Positions 41,918-54,213 of a stretch of 64,000 nt of DNA are shown in pieces (positions within the stretch are counted from its first letter, which is position 1; each line of letters opens with the position of its first letter). The stretch is from positions 1 to 64,000 of IMG/VR virus record IMGVR_UViG_3300028490_000005; one strand, given 5' to 3'. The notes beneath the pieces are model-generated. The model made no database searches, was not told the DNA's origin, and was given only the letters and a program-made list of their open reading frames with translations. A program made the position numbers and the translations under genes. Source of the DNA: a virus.

Positions 41918-42538
41918 GTGAGTTGTAAGAAACTCACGCTATAATTGGTAAAGGATTAATAATGGTACATAACGCATTTAAATCTGCTTTGAAAAAAGCA
42001 GGATTATTGGAATCAAGTGCTTCTTTCGATAGAGCAGAAAATTACTACACTGTCATCAAGGTGACAACTAAAGAAGTGGCTGACAAGTTTCTATTCGAAG
42101 CAAAGAAGCTCGGTATTAAACACAAAGCAAGTCTATACGCTGGATCAGATCAGATCTGGGTATTCAAAGCATATAATTAAAGGGATAAAAATGAAAATAG
42201 AATTAAATCATGAATTGGATGACATCGAACAAATTATAGAAGAAGCATTAATCACAGATGATACTTCTGATATCAATGAAGTTAAGGAATCTTTACGAAG
42301 ATTCAATACCGCATTTCAGGCGTTTGAAGTAGGAATATTTGTAGGGTATGTTGGAATTGTAAAAGGTGAACCAATTACAAAGATGTCAGAAATCATACAA
42401 GAAATTATCAACCGTGATGGATACCAAGTATTCACTGAATTACTCGAAATGATAGAGGTTCCATACTTAAAAGAAGTTGAACTTATAAGAGAACTTGCTG
42501 AAGATGGTAACGAAGATACGATAGATTAAGGAGATAAT

Positions 42539-43549
42539 TTGCTAGATCCTATAAATACAAAATATTTTAGATATGCTGTAGGTTCGGATGTTGGCAAGGA
42601 AACTCCTAATGACATTTCCGCGAAATGTGTAATCTGTGGGGACTCTGATAAAGATTCCCGACAAAAAAGACTACACCTATATCGAAAAGAAAGATATGAT
42701 GATGATGCTATACATTGTTTTAATTGTGAATTTTCTGGGAATATGTATAGTTTCCTTAAAGAAGTGAACTCAAACCTATTTGAACAATATAAGAAAGAAA
42801 AAAGAGAGTCTAGTTTTGCTAACTTGAAAAGTAAAAGGGAAAATACTCAAACTGACATTGATGAAGTGCCATCATTCATATATAAGAAGAAAGAAGCTCC
42901 GAAATTTAAGACATTCAAATTACCACCAGAATTATCACCAGCAATCGAAAGTGAAAGGGCAACCGAGTATCTTAATGGTAGGATGATAGACCCGTTGGAA
43001 ATGTTTTATTCTGAGACAAGCTTTAAGTACAATGGGAAAATATTACCAATAAAAGACTGTGTGGTAATCCCTCTATGGTACAAACGTGAAGATGAATTGG
43101 TATATGGATTTCAAGCCAGAAGTATAGAAGGAAAGACATTCTATACATATATTCCAGATGAAAATAGTGGGATGAAAATATGGCTCGGTATTGATTTTGG
43201 TGAACATAGTGACATAGTATTGGTTGCCGAGAGTGCATTTGATGCAATGAGCATGGGTGTGCCAGCAAAATATTCTGGTGCAATTTTAGGTGCTTCTGAA
43301 AATGATTATTTCAAACAACACTATAAGAAGGTTGTTTGGTGTCTAGACAATCAGAGATTAGACCATACCGCAAAGAGTAAGACAAAAGATTTACTAAAAA
43401 TGGGTGAATATGTATTCATTTGGCCAAAGGGTGTGAAGGAGAAGGATTTCAATAAAATGAAGACTTCCGGAGCCACTGATGAGGAGATAAAGAAAATGAT
43501 TATAGAGAACACTTATCAAGGTTTAATTGGTATATCCAAATTACTGTGA
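42539..43549 (+). CDS. 61: DNA primase (T4 gp61)
   Basis: CVICGDS...HCFNC zinc finger; GFQARS; ESAFDA; LDN; KDFN. Confidence 0.9.
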   Translation: MLDPINTKYFRYAVGSDVGKETPNDISAKCVICGDSDKDSRQKRLHLYRKERYDDDAIHCFNCEFSGNMYSFLKEVNSNLFEQYKKEKRESSFANLKSKRENTQTDIDEVPSFIYKKKEAPKFKTFKLPPELSPAIESERATEYLNGRMIDPLEMFYSETSFKYNGKILPIKDCVVIPLWYKREDELVYGFQARSIEGKTFYTYIPDENSGMKIWLGIDFGEHSDIVLVAESAFDAMSMGVPAKYSGAILGASENDYFKQHYKKVVWCLDNQRLDHTAKSKTKDLLKMGEYVFIWPKGVKEKDFNKMKTSGATDEEIKKMIIENTYQGLIGISKLL

Positions 43550-43563
43550 TAACAGTATAACTC

Positions 43564-43575
43564 AATTAAATAACT
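43564..43575 (+). promoter_or_regulatory. Putative late promoter
   Basis: AATTAAATAACT. Confidence 0.5.
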
Positions 43576-43598
43576 TTATAAAACTCAGGAGAACGTAA

Positions 43599-45089
43599 AT
43601 GGTAGAGATAAGAAAAATTATAGAAAACTTAAGTGACTATGGGCTTATTGAAGGTGAATTGAATGAATCTTCATTCAGTGCTTCAAAAATAAAGAAGGTA
43701 TCAGACCTTCTTGCAGTAGTCCTTGGGCATTCTTTTGGAGAATTTAAACAACTTGGTGGAAGCCTTGGTTTTGAAGAATTCAAGAAGAAAGGGATGGGTG
43801 AAGGAAAGGGATACAAATACATGAACAACAAAGGGTTCATGATTAGATTTGGTTGGCTTAAAAAGTCTAAAAAGTCCAAATACCAAATTAACGTGGTAGA
43901 CTTTTGGAATCCAAAAGATGGTAAGAAAAGATGGGATACACCTTCATTGACAATTAGATTAGCTGATTGGATGAATATTGTGGACGTAGTTTCTGAATTG
44001 AAAGATGTACTTATTTCTGGTAATGTTAATTCTATTGTAGAATCACATTCAGATAAGAAATCACTGTCACTATTAGAATCAAAAGAACCTGGAAGTAAAT
44101 TAATCCAATACGCAGCATTTAAAGGTGTTGAATATGTTGGTCCAATGACACCTTACAAATTCATACAAACTCTTAAAGACGGTGGTCACTGGGATGAAGA
44201 TGAATATAAAGGTTATGCAATCACTAAACATGAGAAAGAAAGTAACTCAACTGGAGAAGTTTTCAAAGCAGCAGACAAGAAATTGGCTGAAAAGAAATGG
44301 TCAGATCCTGAATTAGTATTTGATGACATCGAAAAGTTGACTAAGATTGTAGCAACTGGTGGAGCAAACGGACTAATTGTAGCTGGAATGGCTGGTATGG
44401 GTAAAACTTTCCACGTTGAAAAAACTATGAAGGCTTTACTTGGTACGTCACAAGGTGCTGATGCTAAGTGGAGACACAGAAAAGGTGCTAAATTATCACC
44501 ATTCGGTCTATATATGGACTTGTTCATGAATAGAAATGATATGACTATTGTATATGATGACTCTGACTCAGTATGGAATGATAAAGATTCAGTGAATATT
44601 CTTAAGTCAGCAATTGATACATATAAGGTGAGACAAGTATCTTGGCCATCTAAAGCAACTGTGAACCTTGAGCTTATGGGTGTGGAAGAAAAAGAAGAAT
44701 ACCTTGAAAAATTGTATGATGCAATGGTGAATAACCCAGAAGCTGTTGGTACAAGTATTAAACTTCCTTCTGCGTTCGACTTTACATCAAGAATTATTTT
44801 CATATCAAATATGCCCGCAGCAAAATTTGATAAAGATGCTAACATGTCTGCTATTAAGTCGAGAACATTCTTCATGGACGTTCAACTTAAGCGTGAGGAT
44901 GTCATTAATAGAATTAGATCCATTCTACCATTCATTGAACCAGAAGTAGATATCAATATGAAAGAAGAAATTCTTGCTCAATTAGCAGAATCGGATCACA
45001 CACTAACTATGAGAGCCGTTGTTGCCGCAATAGCAATTAGAAAAGCTGGTCTTACAGACTGGGACAGATTGGTTAAAGAGTACGCGTAA
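43599..45089 (+). CDS. AAA+ ATPase with N-terminal extension
   Basis: GMAGMGKT, IVYDDSD, IIFISN, AIKSR. Confidence 0.8.
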   Translation: MVEIRKIIENLSDYGLIEGELNESSFSASKIKKVSDLLAVVLGHSFGEFKQLGGSLGFEEFKKKGMGEGKGYKYMNNKGFMIRFGWLKKSKKSKYQINVVDFWNPKDGKKRWDTPSLTIRLADWMNIVDVVSELKDVLISGNVNSIVESHSDKKSLSLLESKEPGSKLIQYAAFKGVEYVGPMTPYKFIQTLKDGGHWDEDEYKGYAITKHEKESNSTGEVFKAADKKLAEKKWSDPELVFDDIEKLTKIVATGGANGLIVAGMAGMGKTFHVEKTMKALLGTSQGADAKWRHRKGAKLSPFGLYMDLFMNRNDMTIVYDDSDSVWNDKDSVNILKSAIDTYKVRQVSWPSKATVNLELMGVEEKEEYLEKLYDAMVNNPEAVGTSIKLPSAFDFTSRIIFISNMPAAKFDKDANMSAIKSRTFFMDVQLKREDVINRIRSILPFIEPEVDINMKEEILAQLAESDHTLTMRAVVAAIAIRKAGLTDWDRLVKEYA

Positions 45090-45424
45090 TGGAGTCTTGG
45101 CCACCAGTATTATAGAGTTTTAAGTTAATCTTAAGACTCTTTTAATATAATTAAGTTTAAAAAGGAGAAAATGTAAATGGAAAAAGTAATGAGTTATTTA
45201 TCAACATTTGATTGGTATAGCGTCGGTATACATACTGGTGAGTTTTTAATTCAATTTTTATTCTTCCTATTCACAATACAAATCACAACCATAGTTTTCA
45301 GTAAGATAGTATTCACTACAGCAAAGGTCTCAGAAGTCACACAAGATTTCTATTCAAATGTTACAGTGATGTCTTTCATGTGGGCACTTGGAATTGTGAC
45401 TTATATTAATTAATAGGATATGAA

Positions 45425-45895
45425 ATGTTAAAAGGATTAAGAAAAGCTGGAACTGATAAAACAATTTTATTGAAAAATGTTTCGGTAGTATCTCTCGACG
45501 AAGAGAGAAATAGGATAGTGTTTAACTTCATGAACAATATATTTGTGTTCGGAAGATGGACGCCAGATTATCATTATGCACCTTATGGTTCTCTTTTAGA
45601 AGCCAAGGAAGCATTTACGAAGATTAAGAATATGCCATACTTTCAATTGAACTTCTTTATATCAGAAAGTGAAGATAACCTTCACCTCGTGAATAGAGAT
45701 TCAGTTACCTCATTAAGTGTGAAAGAAGACGAATTAAAAGTAATTTTTAATTTAAACTTCTCAATCACTTCATATAAGGAAAACCAACCAATTGAAATTA
45801 GTAAGTTCATATTCTGGAATTACGATAATGAAGATGTGTTCGACGACGATAGATTTGAAATAATCGAGTTGTTGGGTGAAATAGAAGAAATTTAA
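45425..45895 (+). CDS. Hypothetical protein with internal duplication
   Basis: NVSVVSLDEERNRIVFNFMNNI versus SVTSLSVKEDELKVIFNLNFSI. Confidence 0.65.
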   Translation: MLKGLRKAGTDKTILLKNVSVVSLDEERNRIVFNFMNNIFVFGRWTPDYHYAPYGSLLEAKEAFTKIKNMPYFQLNFFISESEDNLHLVNRDSVTSLSVKEDELKVIFNLNFSITSYKENQPIEISKFIFWNYDNEDVFDDDRFEIIELLGEIEEI

Positions 45896-45907
45896 GGAGA
45901 AATTGAA

Positions 45908-46213
45908 ATGGAAATATACGAAGAAGTAGAAATGGTAGACGCAGACGGTAAAGAGCAAACAATGGACGTATTGGATTACGCAGCATCAATTATTGCTTGT
46001 CAAATTGAAATGAAGGCAATTCAAGACGATATAAAGACAATCAAGGGTGAAGCGAAAGAAAACGGTGTACTTGTAAAAGAAATCGACTCAGCTATTAAAG
46101 AGATTAAGAAAGAGTTGAAGACTAATCCTGCAGACCTTGCACTAGAAGTTGAAATCACTGATATGCTTAGAAACAACCAAGATATTATGGACTCAATTGC
46201 AATGACTATCTAG
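45908..46213 (+). CDS. dsDNA-binding protein (T4 DsbA/GapR-like)
   Basis: E.KAIQDDIK.IK.EAKE.G pattern; about 100 aa. Confidence 0.55.
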   Translation: MEIYEEVEMVDADGKEQTMDVLDYAASIIACQIEMKAIQDDIKTIKGEAKENGVLVKEIDSAIKEIKKELKTNPADLALEVEITDMLRNNQDIMDSIAMTI

Positions 46214-46576
46214 TCATTGCAAAATAGATTCGAAAAGGAAACAAAAATATGAAAGTAGGAATTCTAATAAAAGACTCAATGGTTTGGCGTCCAGCTAACC
46301 GTTTCTTTAAATTATTCAGGGACGGAATTGAAGCTCAGGACCACCAGTACCTTCCCCCAAAGGAAGTTTTGGTACAAACATATAATTCAATGGTTGGTAA
46401 TATATACCTACTATTGAACACTGCCCTCGAACCAACCGAGTACGATTTAAAAACATTGGAAATCGAAACAAAGGATGTTTTCTACAACGATGAACTAGAT
46501 GAATTGATGGAAAGTCATAGAAGATTTCAGGTAGATGATGAATCTTATGTGAATTTAAATCAACACTTAATTATTT

Positions 46577-46894
46577 ATGATGAAAACAAAAGTGGAATTA
46601 GAATTTATTAAAGTCTTCTCTTATGGTACTCTTATACACAAGTATCCAAATAGTATCATCAGTGAAGACGCTGAATTGATAGGAAACTTCACACTAGACG
46701 ATAGTGGTTGGTATCCTTGTTTATTCAGATATGGAAACAAAACAACAATACATGGTCATTTACTCAATTTGACCAAAGAAGAATTATATGAAGCAGACAA
46801 ATACGAAGATGAAGGTGGACTTTACTTCAGAAGAGAAGCTGAAGTAAAGGTAGGGAACTCAATCTATAAATCATGGGTATATTTTTCAAACTAG
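46577..46894 (+). CDS. Gamma-glutamylcyclotransferase (GGCT/AIG2-like)
   Basis: VFSYGTL, YPCL, D.YE..GLYFR, WVY; start approximate. Confidence 0.75.
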   Translation: MMKTKVELEFIKVFSYGTLIHKYPNSIISEDAELIGNFTLDDSGWYPCLFRYGNKTTIHGHLLNLTKEELYEADKYEDEGGLYFRREAEVKVGNSIYKSWVYFSN

Positions 46895-47283
46895 ACTCCC
46901 AAATTAAGATTGTTTTAAGCTAATCTACGCTATAATATAGTATAAAGGCTTAAAATGAAAACTAGACAAGAACTATTAACTATTGCAACTGGTGCACAAA
47001 TTCTAAGAAACACCAATTCACTTACAGAAGTTGTTATCAGAGCAACGGATAAATTCCTAAATCAACAAGTGAATTCATATGGCAATTTATCCGTTGAATG
47101 TAATATAGGTAAATCTTCATTGAATAAATTCATCCAAATTGAAGATATCCGTGATAGCAAACACCTTGATGAAATTGCAATTAGAAGATATTTCACGAAC
47201 TTGGGAATATTTATAACTTTCAAAAACATAGGTTCCATTGAAGATAAGTCAATTATTGTTAGTCTTGTACAAGAAGGTATTGA

Positions 47284-47616
47284 ATGAAACACCTAAAATC
47301 ATTTTTACTATTATCAATATTAATTCTAAATGGTTGTACCCATTACGAAAGTCAGGTAGCACTCGGAGCAATAGCTGGAGCATCTACTGGAGCGTTAATA
47401 GTTGATAGGAATTATAACAACTATCCTCGAGCTTCCTATGACCGTTATTCAAGAGGTTACGGTTACGGTCAGCAACGGACTATGTACACTCAACCAATAA
47501 GACAATCAACGTACTATGTACCATACCACCCAGCGTATAGAGATGCGTATGGTGGATACCATCCTGGGAATGGTAATACTTACGGCTATAAAACAATCAC
47601 ACATCCCCAATATTAA
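47284..47616 (+). CDS. Putative lipoprotein with glycine zipper
   Basis: LILNG-C lipobox; GAIAGASTGA. Confidence 0.6.
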   Translation: MKHLKSFLLLSILILNGCTHYESQVALGAIAGASTGALIVDRNYNNYPRASYDRYSRGYGYGQQRTMYTQPIRQSTYYVPYHPAYRDAYGGYHPGNGNTYGYKTITHPQY

Positions 47617-48060
47617 GATTGTTTTAAGGTTGTTTACGCTATAATATATAAATTAAAATAAAGGTTTAAAATGTTAATACTAGAAACGGGTGAATATGGG
47701 ATTCAAAGAATGAATAACACTCATACAAATAATTTGAGAAAAAAGATAGTTGTATACAAAGGCATGGATTTAACTGGAGTAATCAGTGTATCAGAAAACA
47801 TTGTTAATCTCGGGTATAATGAAATTATCACATGTGAAACTGATGTCCAAGCTGGTTATTTATTTTATAAAATTGCAGAGGAGCTTTAATGAAAGTTGTA
47901 TTAATGAATGTTGTATTCTATTCGTTCTTAGGATTAACTGCGTATTTCGTAACTCCACACGTGCTGTGGGTGTTAGCATTCATTCAAGGTTATACGGAAA
48001 CAAAAGAAACTAAAACACTTAAGGGTGTAGAAACTCTTGACGCTATTAAGGAAGTAATGA

Positions 48061-48426
48061 ATGATTAAAGGTGACGAGTTCTTAACTGAAGGACAACGAA
48101 GTTGGACAATGGCTAGAGTAAGAAAAGAAATTGAAAAAGTAGAAAACTTACACGGTCAATCCATCAGTAGACCATTAAGAGCGATGAAGCTTAAGGAACT
48201 GAGACTTGTATTAAAGGTAAAATTATTACAAGATAGAATGTTATTGGAAGATAAGGTTCGAAAGGTTCTTAAGCAAGACAAGGTCGGTGGTAATTATCAA
48301 CCTCATCAAGTTGCATTGGTAATAGGTGAAACTGAAAGACAAGCTGTCGTGATTGAGCGTAAAGCTCTTGCGAAACTAAAATCACCAACACTAGGTAAAC
48401 GGATTAGAGGAGCAATGTATGCGTAA
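48061..48426 (+). CDS. Protein with sigma70 region 4-like HTH
   Basis: HQVALVIGETERQAVVIERKALAKLKSP resembles RpoD EVG..F.VTRERIRQIE.KALRKLRHP. Confidence 0.55.
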   Translation: MIKGDEFLTEGQRSWTMARVRKEIEKVENLHGQSISRPLRAMKLKELRLVLKVKLLQDRMLLEDKVRKVLKQDKVGGNYQPHQVALVIGETERQAVVIERKALAKLKSPTLGKRIRGAMYA

Positions 48427-48715
48427 TTTTAAATTTGACAAACCAGATGCAAATAAGACTAAGTTCAAATCAATAAGAATTTTTGTAATTTCATTTATTG
48501 TATTGGTATTTGTTATTATAGTTGCTTCTTGTATTAATAGAGATTATGATTATTCTGTAATCTCAAATGAAAAGGTTATCGGATACACATTTACACCTTA
48601 CGCGACTGAAGGTTGTGTTGTATATTACACTAAAGATGGAGTAATGAAGGGAACTACTTGTGGTAACTTCACTATTCAAAAAGGCTATAAAGCCAAAGTG
48701 AATCAGGATTATTAA
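48419..48715 (+). CDS. Membrane-anchored protein, paralogue of 49780-50052
   Basis: N-terminal hydrophobic segment; K.IGY...GC..YT..G...G..CG.F.I..G.K. Confidence 0.6.
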   Translation: MRNFKFDKPDANKTKFKSIRIFVISFIVLVFVIIVASCINRDYDYSVISNEKVIGYTFTPYATEGCVVYYTKDGVMKGTTCGNFTIQKGYKAKVNQDY

Positions 48716-49779
48716 TGGGTGAATTTACTAGAAGACTTGAGTTAATGAAAGAGTCAGGTGATCGAGCTACACTTACTGACCTCTGGGAATTGAAAATCAT
48801 GAAGGGTCGTGAGAAACAAAAGGTCGATGTAGAAGTAGACGCTATTGCCACTGCTATTATAGTGGTACAGAATAATATCCTAAGAGAAGAGAAAAGGCTC
48901 GCAGATGCAGAATTTTGATGATATTTGCCCCGAAGACTTTATTGACTACATTGATATCACTTCTGACGAACAAGAAGTAATTGATCAAACTATTCATATG
49001 CAACGTATGATGACAGCGAAAATGTCTGTGAATTTATTGATGGCAAAGCCAATAATCATAGATACACCTTGTTCAGCAGATACTTCACAACTCATCAATA
49101 ACATAACTGAAGGTGGAATTGTAGTGGCATCACCAAGTGGCTTTATGTTACATGACCCACACATGAGACCAGCAGAGAGTGGGAAGACTTGGTACGCTCT
49201 ATCTGAAAGAGATTTAATGTACCCTGATAACTTTGAAGATTCTGTAAAGTGTAATAGGGATAGCAAACCATTATTTGGCTTAGACCCGAATGATGTATTT
49301 AGAAAGGGTAGAAAGAAATGGTAGATTTTGAAACTGTTTCAATTATTATATTTGGTGTCGCGTTGGCGATGAACATGGTTCTCATATGCTTAGTTATATA
49401 TGATGACATTACATCTTTCAGATAGGAAAAAATAAATGAAATTATTACAATACCCAAATTATTTCGACGATGAATTAGATGTTAGGCTAATAATCGTCGA
49501 AAAGGAAACTGGTAAAATCAATTACCCAGTAGTTAGATGTGTAGGAAGCTATACTGATTATATTGTCGTTGGTTTAATGATGATTCATGGAGATTGGGAA
49601 ACGTATATTGTATATGCGACGGATAATTTACCAAAAGAGGAATTCACGGTGACTCACTCAGCTCAAGTTGTCGGGACTCCAGGAAATAAAACTACTTGGG
49701 TCGATGATATCAAATTCATCGAAAAGAGTATAACAGCGAGAGCTAAAGATAGATTACTTAATTTTAAAGGGGAAAAGAA

Positions 49780-50052
49780 ATGAAACAAATGAAACAATTA
49801 ATTGCAATGACATTAATATTCGTGGGTATATTATTGAGTGGGTGTAATTCAGGGAAGATTGAAAACTTCAGGGCGAAATATACTATAATAAAAGATGGTA
49901 AGATCATCGGATATTCTGAAAGACGTGGTTCGTATGATTCTGGTTGTAAGGAAGTTTATACAGCACAAGGCGATTTCTCTGGTAAAATTTGCGGTGATTA
50001 TTTCATCAAAAACGGTGTGAAGATGGAGTTTGATAATGGTTCAGTTAAGTAG
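49780..50052 (+). CDS. Lipoprotein, paralogue of 48419-48715
   Basis: LLSG-C lipobox; shared Cys-pair domain. Confidence 0.6.
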   Translation: MKQMKQLIAMTLIFVGILLSGCNSGKIENFRAKYTIIKDGKIIGYSERRGSYDSGCKEVYTAQGDFSGKICGDYFIKNGVKMEFDNGSVK

Positions 50053-52156
50053 TGGATTAGAACACAATACTGTAATGAAAATATTTGAGTTAGAAGGCAA
50101 TGTGGCAATTATAAGTTCTCCACTATGGGGTGATTATCTAACCACATTAATGTTGTTTGATCATGAAGAGGAAGAACTCCTCGAATATTTACTAAAAAGA
50201 AAAATGGAAAGGGAAAAATAATGTATTTTGAAAAGGTAAATGTAGGGGACGAAGTATATGGCTTCGTCTATGGAAAAGGTAAAGTGAGTTATGTCATTGA
50301 CGACAAATTCGATATGGATGGTTTTTATTCGTTCGAAGTGTTATATGATAACGGCGAAAGTGTGTTTTACACTAGAGAGGGTGTTCCGAATTGGTGTAAC
50401 GCTGATGGTTGTATCCAAACCGTGTATTGGGCTGATGATATTGACTTGATGGAAGAAGACTTCAGTCCATCAGAGGGGTCATTGACACCAAAGAAGATTA
50501 TGAAGTTAAGAGTGAAAGGTACGCTTGAAATGAAATGCCCATCAGGTATTTGGAGAAGCGTTGATAATTGTCCCGATAATGTATTTCTCGGAGCAATAAC
50601 AAAAGAACAATATTTCTTATTTAGGAGAGCAGTATGAGAATACCAAAATTGAGTGACGATGTATCTGTAGCATTTACCACAATGCTAGTTATAGGTTATA
50701 TGGGTGGAATGTTGACATATATTTTTGAAGGGTTGCAATCAGGACACATCAGGTTCTTAACTGTGTTTATTCCATTAACAATAATCTGGGTATTCACTTC
50801 GAGCCATGTAGTTAAGGGTTCATTGAAATGACATATTCAAGAGAGGGAAATAACCACTTAGGTAAAATCCTTCAACATCAAAAGTTGGAAAATATATTAA
50901 GCTTCTTTTAAGCAACATTACGGTATAATAGAACAACTTAAAAGATTGGAGACTTATGAAACCTTTAGGATACGATAAAATGATAAACTTCGGGTATGAG
51001 GACTGTGCTGACATATTACAATATGGTTCTCCCAGTGCTAAATCTCACATCAAAGGTAAAGGTGGGGTTATTAGAAACTCTATGAACCCTAAATCAAAAG
51101 CATCTTCACGCAGAATATATAAAAGAGTATCTCGCAACGAGGGCAAAGAAACTTGTAAAAACTACAAAAAGGATTACGAATGAGAAAAATTAAAGAAATG
51201 AAGAATAAAGCAATGAGAAAAGCGTCAACGATAGTTGAACTGATTTTTGTGATATTGAGTATTGGTGCATTAGTCGGTTGGGTAATGAATATCATGGCTG
51301 TAATTCAATTAGCAATGGCTAACTCAGAATTGACAACTATGTTTATATTGAGAATAGCAGGAATCTTTGTAGCACCACTTGGTATTATCTTAGGTTATAT
51401 GTAATGTTTTCAATAGCTACAATTATCACCCTAGTGATTTTGCTAGTGTTTGTCTGTGCTATGTATAGGAACGAAAGAATTTGGTCAACGAGAAACGATT
51501 TATTAAATGCAGCAAGAATTGCCATTAGTGAAAAGGATCTCGAACGTTATGATACTATCATGGAGTCGTATCATAAATATTCTTATACAGAGATGTTATA
51601 TAAACACCTGACCAAATTTTCAGTGAAAGATTTTTATCCTGAATTAAATGGGATGAAGATTTAGATGTTTACGTTTAATAATTGTGACGACTTAATGAAT
51701 TGTTCTAAGGCTGAATTCCAAATGAGGGTTATAAATACCATTTTAGCTTTTCTCATCTTGGTTGATTTAGTTTTTGGTAATATGGACTTAATGTTCATTG
51801 AAATACCAACTCTTATTTTAGGGTTATGGTACAACAAAATACTCCACGACAACCTATTGAAGTCGATGAAGAAATACATACTTAAGGATTAATATGAATA
51901 ATGTTTTAGACCCTGATTTTAAGCAATGGATTGAGAAATCCTTTAAGCGTGGTGGTGTAACTACTTCAGCTGGTAATCCAGAAGAGTATCTATTGGTTCG
52001 CTTAGATACAAAGGCTATTGCGATTAATAGAATAGATTCAACAGTTTGGAACGTATTTTATAATTGGGAAAATGAGCTTAAGGTCACACTGGACAGAAAG
52101 TTCTAATTAAGTTTGATTTAAGATAAATCTAGTATAATAATCAAAAAGGAAAAAGT

Positions 52157-52816
52157 ATGAACAAAGAAAGTAATGAATTTGCGTCAGAAATAGTTTGGCA
52201 GTCTACTGAAACAACACCAGACGGGAAGCCGTTTATGTCAGTTAAAAAAGCTAGAGGGTATTACTACTATGCCGAAAGAGGTGGTAGAGATTCTATAGCA
52301 TTTATCCTATATGATGAGGAAACTGGATCACTTGGACTTATTAAGGAGTCTAAGCCACCAATGGATGAAGAATTTAATCAAAAACACATGAAGGTGACAG
52401 CGTTCGGTGGTTCTATTGATATGGACAAAACACCTGAAGAAATTTGTCAAATTGAAGTTCTTGAAGAAGCTGGTTACAATATCCCGATGGAAAATATAGT
52501 ATATATTGGTAAAACTATGGTATCAACTCAAATGAACCAAAGTTGTTTCGGATATATGGTAAATGTTACAGGTTTCACTCCAGGAAAAACGGAAGCTGAT
52601 ATCCACAATGAAGCTCAAATTGCTAAAGATGCTGATGAGTTCAGCCACAATGAAGTTGTTTGGGTAACTGAAAACGAAATTATGGACAACAACGATTGGA
52701 AGTCTATTTGGATATACAGTAAAATGTATTTTGCAAGTGTTAGACATATCATAGAAAAAGAGAAAGCTACTAAGAAAGCTGAAGACCCAAATTATCACCC
52801 AAAGAAGGAAGTGTAA
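52157..52816 (+). CDS. Nudix hydrolase
   Basis: GGSID.....E..QIEVLEEAGY Nudix box variant. Confidence 0.75.
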   Translation: MNKESNEFASEIVWQSTETTPDGKPFMSVKKARGYYYYAERGGRDSIAFILYDEETGSLGLIKESKPPMDEEFNQKHMKVTAFGGSIDMDKTPEEICQIEVLEEAGYNIPMENIVYIGKTMVSTQMNQSCFGYMVNVTGFTPGKTEADIHNEAQIAKDADEFSHNEVVWVTENEIMDNNDWKSIWIYSKMYFASVRHIIEKEKATKKAEDPNYHPKKEV

Positions 52817-54151
52817 TGATTAAAATTGAAAACGACGAAATAACACTGAACGCAAGTTCATTAACAGAACTATTAACAGAGATTAGTGCCCTTATCTCAG
52901 CAGTATCAAAACAAGTGGTAGAAAGCTCAGGTGGTACAGATGCGGATATAGAAATTATCGAAAGGGATATATTTGACTCTTTGAGATTTACGAGACTTGT
53001 AAATGGTGGAATGTCGGGTGAAGAAGCGTTCAATACTATCAACCCAGAACTAAATAGATCTGATGATACAGATACTACTGACTCGGCTGGTACACCAGAT
53101 AAAGAAGAATCTAAGGAAGCTTAGATGGTAATCATAGTTCAATCAACTACATATGAAGACTTCAACTCAATTGAAGAGGGGTTGTACTTCACAAGTAGAT
53201 ACAACGCAACTATTTATATTGGGGACAAGGTATCCAAGCTCCCAAAAGAGTTAAGGGAAAATTTCAATGTTGATGAGGTATTCATCAACGAATTAGAAAC
53301 AAATCAATAAAGGTAATAAATGTATTTATTAATTTCATTAGTAATCATCGCAGTAATAGTGTACTTTATATTCATCAACCACGCAAAAACAATCATTATA
53401 GAGAATATTGAAGAATATCAGTATAATCAGGGGCTTGGATATAAGGCATTAAAGAGTAGAGAAACCTTTCTCAAAAGTAAGGAAGTTCAAAAGGTCGGTG
53501 ATAAAGATAAAATTATATTCGCATTAACGGCTATTCAACGAAGAAGATTCTCACTAAATGATATCAAAAAACACGGGTTCATTCTAAATGGTGGAAAAAC
53601 ATATATCAGTCTTGGTCACAACAGTGTTGAAGTCTCTGATATGGTTAAGCTTCTCATTGAACAAATTGGCGTCAAAGAAACTGTGTTTTCTAGTAGACTA
53701 GGGAACCACACTGATCTATGTGTAAAAATACTAAATGATGGTACATTTTTAGAGCCAATATTAGTTAGACATAAGGATTATGACGGTCAAGAAGATTCAT
53801 CATACATTGAACAACATTTCAAGGTAGCTATTATCAACGAAGAAAAGGGTTGGGATTATGTAATTGACCAACTTAAATCACCAGCACCCAAAGAGGGACA
53901 AGGGAAAGATTGGTACTACAGTTCATCAATTATCCAATGGAACCTTACTCAAATCGGTGACTTCTTAAGTGTACTTTGGAAACATGATGACATATAAGAA
54001 TCTATAATGACTCCACAAGAATTTACTGAACTTATGGCTGAACTCGAAAAGGAATATGAGTACTATATTTCAATCGGGGATCAAATTAGTGTTGATATAT
54101 TAATTGGCCAAATGAACTCCCTTGAGGCAGATTACGGGAGAGGTGGTTGAA

Positions 54152-54213
54152 TTAAGTTTGTTTTAAGCGAATATACGGTATAATAGAGTATAAAGTTTGA
54201 AAGGCTTAAAATG
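54152..54213 (+). promoter_or_regulatory. Early promoter cassette
   Basis: TTAAGTTTGTTTTAAGCGAATATACGGTATAAT...AAAGTTTGAAAGGCTTAAAATG. Confidence 0.8.

Noticed and set aside
44213-44875. Long minus-strand ORFs (also 33831-34397, 21098-21526, 60878-61321, 14802-15194 and others)
   Set aside because: Antisense shadows of well-supported + strand genes; Ser/Phe/Leu-rich with no motifs or RBS
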